Source: a virus (lineage: Duplodnaviria; Caudoviricetes). From it: a stretch of 64,000 nucleotides of DNA. The notes beneath the pieces are model-generated. The model had not been told where the DNA came from. It made no database searches and saw nothing but the letters and a program-made list of their open reading frames with translations. Below, one piece after another: positions 43,114-53,013 of this stretch. The stretch spans positions 64,001 through 128,000 of the IMG/VR virus record IMGVR_UViG_2873737359_000001; one strand, 5' to 3'. Each line of letters starts with the position of its first letter. Position 1 is the first letter of the stretch. Made by a program: the position numbers and the translations under genes.

Positions 43114-43196
43114 GGGAGAATATTCCGTAGATAGTAGCGGGGCGGTCTGTAAAACCGTTGTCATTGACTCGGGTGGTGCAACTCCATCTTCTCCCA
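43114..43196 (+). tRNA. tRNA-Tyr(GTA)
   Basis: GCGGT-CT-GTA-AA-ACCGT; V arm; atypical T loop TGCAACT. Confidence 0.8.
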
Positions 43197-43333
43197 CTAG
43201 GTTGGCAAATTAAATCAAAATACCATAAAACATCGTAGATATAGTTTTACCATGAGGATGCTTGCGTCAGATTTGGTTTATAAAAGGTTTTGTCTCTGAT
43301 CATGACAGATAATGAGCCTTTGAGTCTACACAT

Positions 43334-43405
43334 AGATATATAGCTTAATGGATAGAGCGCACGGCTACGAACCGTGTAATATAGGTTCGAGTCCTATTAT
43401 ATCTG
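43334..43405 (+). tRNA. tRNA-Arg(ACG)
   Basis: CACGG-CT-ACG-AA-CCGTG; GGTTCGAGTCC. Confidence 0.9.
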
Positions 43406-43690
43406 CTTATCTCCTATTTGGATTGGAGAAATAAAATAAAGTGAGGAAATTAATATTGATAAGTATTAATGCAAAAGAAGCTGAATATCTGCGTTCAAAA
43501 GGCAGAGGATATGATGTAAAAACAGCAAATAAAAGTCATAAAAGTAGATCAAAGAAGTATTTTATGACAACAAATTTTAAGTCTGTAGAATTATTGAATA
43601 ATTATAGAAAATCTATAAATCGCACAGATCTTTATATCAAGAAAAATAAGCGAGATTTTCGTTTTTAAATGATATTTACTTACTTGAAAG

Positions 43691-45136
43691 TTGGTGTTTG
43701 ACATAGGAAAAAAGAAAAAAGATGACGGCATTTATTTAATTGGTCAAAATGCTAACGATGTCACAGGAAGCTGTATTTACATAAAATATAATGGTAAAAA
43801 GATCCTGCTAGAGTGCGGATTATATCAAAATAACAATTATCTTGAATCATATAATATTAATTCAGAGAAATTTAAATTTAAGCCTTCAGAAATTGATTAT
43901 GTGTTTGTAGGACACACACATGTTGATCATATTGGTTTACTTCCAAGATTGATTAAAGAAGGTTTTACAGGAAAAATTATAGCATCACATGCCACCGCAC
44001 AATTAATGAAGCCATTGCTCTATAATTGTGCTTTTATTTTACTAAGCGAAGCAAATGCGTTATCATTCAAGTATAAAAGAGACTACTCTCCTATTTATAC
44101 CGAAGATGATGTTGCAAAAACGCTCGAATATATATATGAATTCGATGAATTGCATACACAGTATATTTTGGATGATATAGTATCGTTTAAGTGGTATGAA
44201 AACAGTCATTGTGTTGGTGCAAGGCAACTACAGCTTATATTAAAAGATAAAAATGGTGTTTCAAATTCTATTTTATACACTTCTGATATTGGTTCTTTAA
44301 ATACTAAAAATCATTATGTTTCTAATACTGAAATCCCTACTGATTTTAATAAAGTAACGATTATGGAATCTACATATGGAGAACCCGGTCGTATAAATAA
44401 AAAAACTAGAAAATTTGATTTGGAACATCTAAGAGTTGCTATTGAAACTGTAACAGAGCGTGGAGGAACAGTCGTTATGCCATGTTTTAGTTTTAGTAGA
44501 ACACAAGAAATATTAACAAATTTATACAATATATATCATAATACCAATTTTCAATATGACATTATAGTTGATTCTATTTTATCATGCGATATTTGTGATA
44601 TGTATTCAAATCTTCTATCTGATGAAGATTTAGACTTATGGCATAAAGTAAAATCTTGGGATAATGTAAAATTTATAAAAGAAAAAGAAGATTCTCTTGC
44701 TTGCGTAAAATCGCATAATCCTAAGATTATATTAAGTAGTTCCGGATTTTGTACAAATGGCAGAATCTTATCTTATCTACATGAATATCTTAACGATGAA
44801 AATAGTATGGTTATTTTTAGTGGATACACTGGATCTGATAATTCATATTTATCATACCGGATTAAAAATTATAAAGAAAATAAATTTATAAAAATTAGTG
44901 GTGATAAAGTTGAGAATAAAGCAGATTGTATATCATTAGGAACTTTTTCATCTCATGCAAATAGAAATGAACTGCTTACATATGGATCTAAAATCAATAC
45001 AGAAAAATTAGTATTAGTTCATGGATCTATTGTTGCAAAAAATAGTTTAAAGGAAGATCTGAAGGAAGCTATATCAAAAGAGAACAAGACTTTTAAAGTA
45101 GTTGCTTCGGCAAAAGATATGGTAATCGGATTATAG
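43691..45136 (+). CDS. Metallo-beta-lactamase/beta-CASP family nuclease
   Basis: VTGSC, HTHVDHIG, HCVG, YTSD, MESTYG, SSSG, FSSHA, LVHG. Confidence 0.9.
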   Translation: MVFDIGKKKKDDGIYLIGQNANDVTGSCIYIKYNGKKILLECGLYQNNNYLESYNINSEKFKFKPSEIDYVFVGHTHVDHIGLLPRLIKEGFTGKIIASHATAQLMKPLLYNCAFILLSEANALSFKYKRDYSPIYTEDDVAKTLEYIYEFDELHTQYILDDIVSFKWYENSHCVGARQLQLILKDKNGVSNSILYTSDIGSLNTKNHYVSNTEIPTDFNKVTIMESTYGEPGRINKKTRKFDLEHLRVAIETVTERGGTVVMPCFSFSRTQEILTNLYNIYHNTNFQYDIIVDSILSCDICDMYSNLLSDEDLDLWHKVKSWDNVKFIKEKEDSLACVKSHNPKIILSSSGFCTNGRILSYLHEYLNDENSMVIFSGYTGSDNSYLSYRIKNYKENKFIKISGDKVENKADCISLGTFSSHANRNELLTYGSKINTEKLVLVHGSIVAKNSLKEDLKEAISKENKTFKVVASAKDMVIGL

Positions 45137-45147
45137 GAGAACAAGGA

Positions 45148-45753
45148 ATGGATATTGTTGAATTACTTAAAGGAGACGATGATCTGTATACGGCTATAGT
45201 AAAAGATCATCTTCAGGAACGAAAAATTATTTTAAATGAAGAAGTCAACGACGGGGTTATTGAAAATGTATGTCTGATGATTATGAAATGGAATGAAGAA
45301 GATAAATATATTCCTACCTCAAATCGTAAGCCTATCTTCATTTATATCAATACTGATGGCGGGGATGTATTATCTGGTAATCAGGTACTCGGTACTATTG
45401 CGGCTTCTGAGACCCCAGTTTATACAGTGGGACTTGCAAAGTGTGCCTCTATGGGTTGTTACATTCTCGCTGCCGGACACAAACGTTTTTGTTTTGAAAA
45501 TACGGTAGTACTCTATCATGATGGACAAACTGGATATGTTAGTTCTTCAAATAAAGGAAAAGATATTCAGAAATTTTATGATAATCTTGAAAAGAGAATG
45601 ACTGACTTTATGGTTAAACACACGAACATGACTGCCGAATTTCTTGATGACATAAAGGATAGAGAATATTATATGTTTTCTGAGGAAGCAAAAGAAAAAG
45701 GAATTGTTGATCAGGTTATTGGAATTGATTGTAAATTAGATGATATTATTTAG
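45148..45753 (+). CDS. ClpP-like protease
   Basis: PIFIYINTDGG, CASMG (catalytic Ser), LYHD, EAKEKGIVD. Confidence 0.85.
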   Translation: MDIVELLKGDDDLYTAIVKDHLQERKIILNEEVNDGVIENVCLMIMKWNEEDKYIPTSNRKPIFIYINTDGGDVLSGNQVLGTIAASETPVYTVGLAKCASMGCYILAAGHKRFCFENTVVLYHDGQTGYVSSSNKGKDIQKFYDNLEKRMTDFMVKHTNMTAEFLDDIKDREYYMFSEEAKEKGIVDQVIGIDCKLDDII

Positions 45754-45842
45754 CGAAAAATTACATATCTTTTTACATATATAATAATATCATCAGCAAA
45801 GCAATATGTCAATAAAAAATAGGAATAAATGGAGATAAAATT

Positions 45843-46061
45843 ATGGAATTAAAAAAAACAATTAAATATGACGGGAAACTTAAAGGACTTCATATGGTAG
45901 AAGGTCAACTTGTAGATTTGAATGGAGAAATCGTAGATATCCTTGAAATTTTCACCAAAGCATATGGCGAGAAACCATTTGATATGTCTACTACTACTAA
46001 AACAGAGGAAATCATTGATCTTGACGATGAAGATACTGATTTTGATCCAGATTTGAAATAA
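45843..46061 (+). CDS. Small acidic phage protein (YonK-like by position)
   Basis: Size and synteny with SPbeta-like late regions. Confidence 0.45.
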   Translation: MELKKTIKYDGKLKGLHMVEGQLVDLNGEIVDILEIFTKAYGEKPFDMSTTTKTEEIIDLDDEDTDFDPDLK

Positions 46062-46071
46062 GGTACGTCAT

Positions 46072-47259
46072 ATGGACAAAGATACATTTTTAAAAGATCA
46101 ATTAGATCTAATTAAGAGAAAACAAATGGATCCTTCTATTGAATGGCAAGACGTTGCGGATTTTCGTGAAGAATACTCCGGTGAAAAAGAACATCGAGAT
46201 ACTATTCGAAAAGGATCTAAACTTTTGTTAGAATATATTAATGGAGGATGGGATCTTGTTCCATCCTCTTCTATTGATATGGGAAGCTTTTCTGAGGCTA
46301 TGGAAATAAAGAAAGAACGTATTAAGCTTCAGACTGAGAAGCAGGAAATGAATAAGTGGATACGAGAATTGTCTCGTGATGAAATGATTGCAGAAAAAAT
46401 GGTCAATGCAATTACTACCCTCCCATCGCTTACTATTCCGGAACCAATTACTATTGATCCAAGTAAAAACGATTATCTACTTACTATATCAGACGCTCAT
46501 TATGGTGTTGAGTTCTGCATAAAAGATTTCTGGGGATATACAATCAATGAGTATAGTCCTAAAATATTCGAGAGTCGTATGTGGGAGTTATTTTATAAAG
46601 TAGTTGATCAAATTCAAAAAGATGATATCAAATTGTTACATATATTTGAGCTTGGAGACGCTTTAGAAGGTATTCTACGTGCAAATTCACAGCTTATGCA
46701 GCTTAGATATGGAATTATTGACTCTGCATTTTTATATGCTAATTTCTTATCTGAATGGTTAAATGAGTTAAGCAAACATGTAACAATTGAATTTCAAATG
46801 ATAAAAAGATCGAATCATAATCAGCTTAGACTTGTTGGACAGCCTAAGAATGCTTTCCCGGATGAAGATATGAGCAAATCTATGCTTGTATTTATTAAAG
46901 AAAGACTTAAAAATAACCCGAATATTAAAATAATTGAGAATCCAACTGGATTGGCGTATGCTCAATTAGGAATTCATAATATTATTGGAGGTCATTTTGA
47001 AACAAAAGATCTTGGAAAAGAATTGATGGAATATTCAAAAACATATAATGTGCCGCTTGATTATATTGTATCTGGCCATTGGCATTGTTCGTTTTCTGGA
47101 GAAATTGGAATTAATTCAGAGTATTTGTCTGTAAGATCAATTATTGGAGTTAATCCATATAGTATGAAAATTAATAAGACGGCTAACGCTGGAGCTTCAA
47201 TGTTTGTTTTTGATCAAAATGACGGATTAGTGGATGAACATAAATATAAATTACATTAA
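46072..47259 (+). CDS. Metallophosphoesterase
   Basis: SDAHYG, LGD, SNH, GHWH motifs. Confidence 0.8.
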   Translation: MDKDTFLKDQLDLIKRKQMDPSIEWQDVADFREEYSGEKEHRDTIRKGSKLLLEYINGGWDLVPSSSIDMGSFSEAMEIKKERIKLQTEKQEMNKWIRELSRDEMIAEKMVNAITTLPSLTIPEPITIDPSKNDYLLTISDAHYGVEFCIKDFWGYTINEYSPKIFESRMWELFYKVVDQIQKDDIKLLHIFELGDALEGILRANSQLMQLRYGIIDSAFLYANFLSEWLNELSKHVTIEFQMIKRSNHNQLRLVGQPKNAFPDEDMSKSMLVFIKERLKNNPNIKIIENPTGLAYAQLGIHNIIGGHFETKDLGKELMEYSKTYNVPLDYIVSGHWHCSFSGEIGINSEYLSVRSIIGVNPYSMKINKTANAGASMFVFDQNDGLVDEHKYKLH

Positions 47260-47262
47260 AAA

Positions 47263-47300
47263 TAAAAAGCACTTACGTATAAATGTAAGTGCTTTATCTT
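47263..47300. terminator. Bidirectional intrinsic terminator
   Basis: AAAGCACTTAC...GTAAGTGCTTT. Confidence 0.7.
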
Positions 47301-47785
47301 TTGTGGTTTGTTCAAATCATTCCATTAATTTAAATTACTTTTAAAGTATAACACAATATGTTTAAAATTGCAATTGTTATTTTACCCTCGCTGGACTTAA
47401 TTTTTACTGATGTCGGTGAAACATTTCGCGATGATCATACACGCAAAACGCCACATTAATTAAATTGAACAGCCATGTGCTGCATATAAAAAAATGTATT
47501 CATGTATTATACCTCCCGTTCCGGCTCAATGAGCTTTATGCAGCAGGTTTATGAACTCACGCTTACCGTATGTAAAACGGCGTCCGTAGTAAATTTCAGT
47601 CCAGCTCCACATGAATGTCGGAGTGGCCCGACATTCTGACATCTTTTGGATGTCTCCACCTCAGTTGTATATAATAACATATTGTGTCTATACATTCAAG
47701 TAAAATAATACAAGTAGTATGCTATTACGCTGTTACTTATATTATACATTTCTGGAGGGCGGTCTTGCCCTCCTATTTTCTATCA

Positions 47786-47865
47786 CGACATATGGCGGAA
47801 TTGGCAGACGCGCCAGATTTAGGTTCTGGTGTTTATTCGTGAGAGTTCGAATCTCTCTATGTCGA
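47786..47865 (+). tRNA. tRNA-Leu(TAG)
   Basis: TGGCGGAATTGGCAGACGCG; CCAGA-TT-TAG-GT-TCTGG; GTTCGAATC. Confidence 0.85.
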
Positions 47866-47885
47866 TTAATGAATAAAAGGAGGAG

Positions 47886-49208
47886 TTGTTTATGGCTGTA
47901 GCTACAAAAAGAACAACTAAAACTGAGCCGGTAAAAATGACTCCGACTCAAATGAGAAATAAAATTCAAGATCTTGAAAATAAGATAGATATATATGAAA
48001 ATGATACTGCATGGTGTTTTATGTGCGGAAAGCCAAAGAATAAAAGTAAATTTTATGATAATACGGACCCTTTGACAAGTTCTGGTTGCTCTCCTATTTG
48101 CAGAGAATGTGCAAAGAAAATCGCATTAAGAACTGATAAAAATGGGGATGAGCATGAACCAACAAAGGAGTCTATTATATTGGCATTAAGGTATCTTAAC
48201 AAACCATTTCTCAATAGTCTATATGATTCAAGTATACAAGAATCCCAAAATGAAAATACAGGAAAACCCAAATCTAATGCATGGACTGCATATATAAAAA
48301 ATGTATCTATGAAGAATTATATTGGATTAACATTCTGGGATTCTGATATGTTTAAAGAAAAAGTTATTTATGAAGATGAAAAGACAGTTAATGATGTTAT
48401 AAAAGGCAGAGAAAATCAAGATACCTATAGTGAGTTCACTAAAAATAAAAATGATGTTGTTAGACTTCTCGGATATGATCCATTTGAAAAAGAGGCAATC
48501 TCTGATCAGCCTTTCTTGTATTCTCAACTTGTCGGATTACTTGATTCAAGCGAGGATGCAAATGATGATATGATGCGTACCGCTTCTGCTATTTCTATTG
48601 TAAGAGCGTTTCTACAACAAACAAAAATAGATAATGCAATTTCTAGTTATATGTCTGATATTCGTAAGTTGCAAAATAATTCTGCAACAATTAAATCCCT
48701 ACAACAATCTAAAAAAGATCTTACCAGTATTATTAAAGATTTGGCAGCCGAAAGTTGTATATCTTTGAAAAACAATAAAAACGCTAAGAAAGGCGAAAAT
48801 ACGTGGACAGGGAAAATCAAGAAAATAAAGGATTTGAACCTTCGCGAAGGTGAAGTGAACGGATTTGATATTGGTACATGTCGTGGTATGCAGCAAGTTA
48901 TGGATATGAGTAATGCTTCTATATTAAAGGCATTACGATTGGATGAGTCTGAATATTCTGATATGGTTGCAGAGCAGCGACAAATGATAACTTCTTTAAG
49001 AAGTGACCTAGATAATTATAAAGAAATCTCTCGTATCTTATTACGTGAAAATATAGATCTTAAAGATTACATGGAAGAGGCTGGATTGATTAAACCAGAA
49101 GATTTAGTTGATCTTGATGAATTATATTCTTGTTTTAGTTCACAAGAGCAGGAAGAGGTGATTGAGGATGATGAATCCTCAGAAGATACGAAATCTTCCG
49201 GAACTTAA
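47886..49208 (+). CDS. Zn-finger phage protein upstream of terminase (possible small-subunit role)
   Basis: CFMC..CREC; overlaps the terminase start. Confidence 0.5.
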   Translation: MFMAVATKRTTKTEPVKMTPTQMRNKIQDLENKIDIYENDTAWCFMCGKPKNKSKFYDNTDPLTSSGCSPICRECAKKIALRTDKNGDEHEPTKESIILALRYLNKPFLNSLYDSSIQESQNENTGKPKSNAWTAYIKNVSMKNYIGLTFWDSDMFKEKVIYEDEKTVNDVIKGRENQDTYSEFTKNKNDVVRLLGYDPFEKEAISDQPFLYSQLVGLLDSSEDANDDMMRTASAISIVRAFLQQTKIDNAISSYMSDIRKLQNNSATIKSLQQSKKDLTSIIKDLAAESCISLKNNKNAKKGENTWTGKIKKIKDLNLREGEVNGFDIGTCRGMQQVMDMSNASILKALRLDESEYSDMVAEQRQMITSLRSDLDNYKEISRILLRENIDLKDYMEEAGLIKPEDLVDLDELYSCFSSQEQEEVIEDDESSEDTKSSGT

Positions 49209-51216
49209 TTATTGCGAACAAGGGGATAAAATTTTTGTAAAGCCTGGAGTTTATCCAATGTCCTCCAGAAAATTGGAAGGCTTTATAAAAATTGCCAATC
49301 TCCAAAAATATTACCAGTGTAATCCGGTAAGATTTATTAATGATTTCTTTAATATTGAACTGCTTGATGCTCAAGCCTGGATCATTCAAAGATCCTGGAA
49401 CTGTCCTAACGTTCTTCTTGTTTGTACTCGTGGATTCGGAAAATCTACTTTGATAGATATCATGGTTATGGCCAAAGATATGTTATTTAACAACTATTGG
49501 ACCTATATTGCTTCAGGCTCAGGCAGTCAGGCTGAACAAACCTTTACGACCCTTGAAAGAATTGCGAATGATAATATAGACACAATGCTTGGATCAACAG
49601 GATACATATTCAAGGCTGAAATTGAAATAAAGAATGCTGCGGGAGATGGTTTCAGCCACTCTTCTAATGGATTTTCATATAGTCTTTATAATGGCGCATT
49701 TACTCAAACACTCAATAGTAATATAGATAAAAAAAGAGGTATGCGTGGTAATGTAATATTTGATGAATGTGGATGGCTTTCTGATGAAATGCTTCAAACA
49801 TATGGTGCATTCGCAATCGTCAATAAAAGTTTCAAATCTGGAAAAGACCGTGATGGTAATTCTATTGATATTAATCGTCTCAGATGTATTCCATCAAATA
49901 TCCCTAACCAATTATTTTATATATCTTCTGCTTCTTCTACTGATACAGAGTTTTACAAGTTATATCGCGATTTCAGTAAACGACAACTTATGGGAGATCC
50001 AGATTATTTTGTAGCCCATATTGATTGCGAAGTTGCGTTTAAGCCTACCATTCGAGGACAGGTTATGGAGCCTCTTCTTACCCGATCCACAGTAGAAGCT
50101 GCTATGCGTTCTAATCCCGAAAAAGCTCGTCGTGAATATTATTGTGAATTTACTTCTGATGCCGGAGCGAATGCAATCATTCGTAGGGGTGTTATTGCTA
50201 GAAATGAAGAAGTTCGTAAACCTATTTTATATAACGATACTGGCAAACGAAAAATAGTTATTGCATACGATCCAGCTCGTAGCAGAGATAATTCTGTAAT
50301 CCTTATTGCAGAAGTGTATGAAGACAAAGATCAAAATGGTGATAAAGAATACAGAATGCGACTGCTCAACTGTATTAATCTTATAGATATTAGTGCAAAA
50401 CGTAAAAAGCCAATGCAAACTCCGGATCAGATTGATTATTTAAAAGAATTAATTCTTGATTATAACCAAGGCGGCGATGATACATATAGTAACATTTTAG
50501 GAATCTATATCGATGCCGGATCTGGTGGAGGCGGAGTTAATATTGCCGATTATCTTATGCCAGATTGGAAAGGAAAAGATGGAAAAATACACAGAGGGCT
50601 TATAGATAAAGAATATTCTGAAGAGTATATAAAAAAATTCCCGAATGCAGTAAATAAAATACATCTTATGTCTCCTACCCAATATAAATCTGAAATGTAT
50701 GAGGCAATGATTGAACTTATGAACCAAGATAAGATAAATTTTACTGCTTCTTATGATGGAAAAGGTTATATTACTATGTTTGATATTGACAAAGAAAAGT
50801 ACAACAAAACAAAAGCGGATCTTATTGCAAAATACAAAAAACAAAAATTATCTCAAGAAGAAATTGAAGAAAATGTGCAAAAAGATCTTGATAATTTACA
50901 GAATGTCAAAAGTCGTATTGAAAAATTAAATTGGCAAGAGCAAATTGCACTTGCTAGTATTGACGCTTTAAAAGAAGAACTTGTAAATATGATACGTATT
51001 AAAAGAGAATCCGGAAAAGATTCTTTTGAAATATGCCCTGAAAAACGAAACAAATTACATGATGACCGAGCTTATGTAATGTGTATGGCATCTTACGCTC
51101 TTCAATGTGAGCGAAGAAAATATATTACTTCAAAACATAAACCCAAAACAGATATTTCATTAGTGCAATCTCTCACCATCCGTAGAGGGAAATTGCATTC
51201 TATATTTGATGAATAG
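49162..51216 (+). CDS. Terminase large subunit
   Basis: Walker A CTRGFGKS, RGMRG, Walker B VIFDE, nuclease AYDPARSRD and HDDR. Confidence 0.9.
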   Translation: MRMMNPQKIRNLPELNYCEQGDKIFVKPGVYPMSSRKLEGFIKIANLQKYYQCNPVRFINDFFNIELLDAQAWIIQRSWNCPNVLLVCTRGFGKSTLIDIMVMAKDMLFNNYWTYIASGSGSQAEQTFTTLERIANDNIDTMLGSTGYIFKAEIEIKNAAGDGFSHSSNGFSYSLYNGAFTQTLNSNIDKKRGMRGNVIFDECGWLSDEMLQTYGAFAIVNKSFKSGKDRDGNSIDINRLRCIPSNIPNQLFYISSASSTDTEFYKLYRDFSKRQLMGDPDYFVAHIDCEVAFKPTIRGQVMEPLLTRSTVEAAMRSNPEKARREYYCEFTSDAGANAIIRRGVIARNEEVRKPILYNDTGKRKIVIAYDPARSRDNSVILIAEVYEDKDQNGDKEYRMRLLNCINLIDISAKRKKPMQTPDQIDYLKELILDYNQGGDDTYSNILGIYIDAGSGGGGVNIADYLMPDWKGKDGKIHRGLIDKEYSEEYIKKFPNAVNKIHLMSPTQYKSEMYEAMIELMNQDKINFTASYDGKGYITMFDIDKEKYNKTKADLIAKYKKQKLSQEEIEENVQKDLDNLQNVKSRIEKLNWQEQIALASIDALKEELVNMIRIKRESGKDSFEICPEKRNKLHDDRAYVMCMASYALQCERRKYITSKHKPKTDISLVQSLTIRRGKLHSIFDE

Positions 51217-51219
51217 GAG

Positions 51220-52806
51220 GTGCTGAATTTGGCCCAACGAAAGAAAAATAATGTCAATACTACAAAGGTGCCGACAGCAAAAGCTATTGAGCCAGCACCT
51301 ACTTCTCAAAGTACTGCTTCTGAATTAAGAAATTGGTATCAGAAAAATAAAAAAAGTATTGAAAACTATGCTCAAGCAATGGAAGGGGCAAAATCTCTCC
51401 GAGATATTACTAAGACAAGTACTAAGACAGTAACTGCATTTAACAAAGATAGTCTTAGGTCTTATCTACAGAATATTGGTAGTAACGAAAAAAATCTCAG
51501 AAGCTTATCTAGGTATCTTTATTATAGATGCCATCCTTATTATAGATTGATAGCATATAATGCGAATATGTTTTGTCTCGATGCACGATCTGTAATTCCT
51601 GAATATGATTTAGTAGCTGGCGGTGATGCAAACGCGATGCTCTCTTCTTATCAGGATACATTAAATGTATTAGATAAATTGAACCTTCAATATGAATTTT
51701 TAAAAATTTATATGATCTGTTTTAGAGAAGACGTATTTTATGGATGTGCTTATTATGACGAAACGGGCATGTTCATTCTTCCACTTGATCCAGATTATTG
51801 TAAAATCTCCGGTATTTATAGTACTGGGGATTTTTCTTTTGCAATGGATATGTCTTATTTTAGATCTAGGCAGACAATACTAGAATTATGGGGCGAACCA
51901 TTCCAGTCTATGTATAGAGCATATGAAAATGATACAACCAACGGTAAGTGGCAGCCTATGCCGGATGAATATGCCGTATGTCTTAAAACTCGTGCCGAGG
52001 ATTGGGAAACTGTAGTTCCACCGTTTTCTGGACTTTTGTCTGGAATTATCAATCTTATTGATCTGGATGATATTCAGGCCATTGCAGATAAACAAGACAT
52101 TTATAAAATGATATGGCTTGAATTAGAAACTATAACCGGAAGTGATTCTGTAGATGATTGGAAAATTACTCCAGATATTGTTATTGAGTATTTTAACCGG
52201 ATGATCAATGAAGCTCTTCCCGATTATACTTCTGCCGCTATCATCCCGGGAAAGCTTGATCAGGTTACATTTAATAATGATAGAGCTACGGATACAAATA
52301 AAATAGCCAAGTCTACAGAAACATTTTTTAACAGTTCTGGAGGCGCACAGATATTGAATAGTGCGTCAATCAGCGGAACAACCGCTTTCTCAGCTGCTGT
52401 TCAAGCAGATACAGAAATGGCTATTTCGATGCTTCTTCCTCAAACACAAGGATGGGTCAATAGATTCTTGTCTTATTGGGTATCTAATCCTTCTAAAGTG
52501 AAGTTTTTTGAGGTAAGTGCATATACAAAAGAAGAATTTAAGAAAACATTATTGGAAGCAGCAACCAGTGGACTTCCTACCAAACTTGCTTATAATACTT
52601 TAAATCAATTCTCTGAGAAAGACACTTTGGCTCTTAATTACTTAGAAGAACAAATTCTTGGTATAACCAAACTATTTGTTCCGCTTCAGACATCATATAC
52701 TCAATCAGGATCTTCGGATACAGGTGGAGCACCTACTAAAGATGATTCAGAGATTACAGATGATGGCGATGCTAGTAGAGATAAAACAGACAAGGCCAAT
52801 GGCTAA
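51220..52806 (+). CDS. Portal protein
   Basis: 528 aa directly after the terminase; PLQTSYTQS..GGAP tail resembling SPbeta-like portals. Confidence 0.75.
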   Translation: MLNLAQRKKNNVNTTKVPTAKAIEPAPTSQSTASELRNWYQKNKKSIENYAQAMEGAKSLRDITKTSTKTVTAFNKDSLRSYLQNIGSNEKNLRSLSRYLYYRCHPYYRLIAYNANMFCLDARSVIPEYDLVAGGDANAMLSSYQDTLNVLDKLNLQYEFLKIYMICFREDVFYGCAYYDETGMFILPLDPDYCKISGIYSTGDFSFAMDMSYFRSRQTILELWGEPFQSMYRAYENDTTNGKWQPMPDEYAVCLKTRAEDWETVVPPFSGLLSGIINLIDLDDIQAIADKQDIYKMIWLELETITGSDSVDDWKITPDIVIEYFNRMINEALPDYTSAAIIPGKLDQVTFNNDRATDTNKIAKSTETFFNSSGGAQILNSASISGTTAFSAAVQADTEMAISMLLPQTQGWVNRFLSYWVSNPSKVKFFEVSAYTKEEFKKTLLEAATSGLPTKLAYNTLNQFSEKDTLALNYLEEQILGITKLFVPLQTSYTQSGSSDTGGAPTKDDSEITDDGDASRDKTDKANG

Positions 52807-53013
52807 TAGGTGAACATTATGATTGATAACAATTCAAAATTTATAATTACAACAAATGAAGAGTCCGCTGCACTTTTAATTAAGACTGGTTTTAAATTAA
52901 TGAATCAGCAAGGGAAGCAGTGGATTTTTATGAATGATAATAAAATGCTTTTTAATAATTTGAGTGATCTCGTTTATACAGATAAGCTATTTATTTAAAC
53001 AGCTCCTCTTCTA

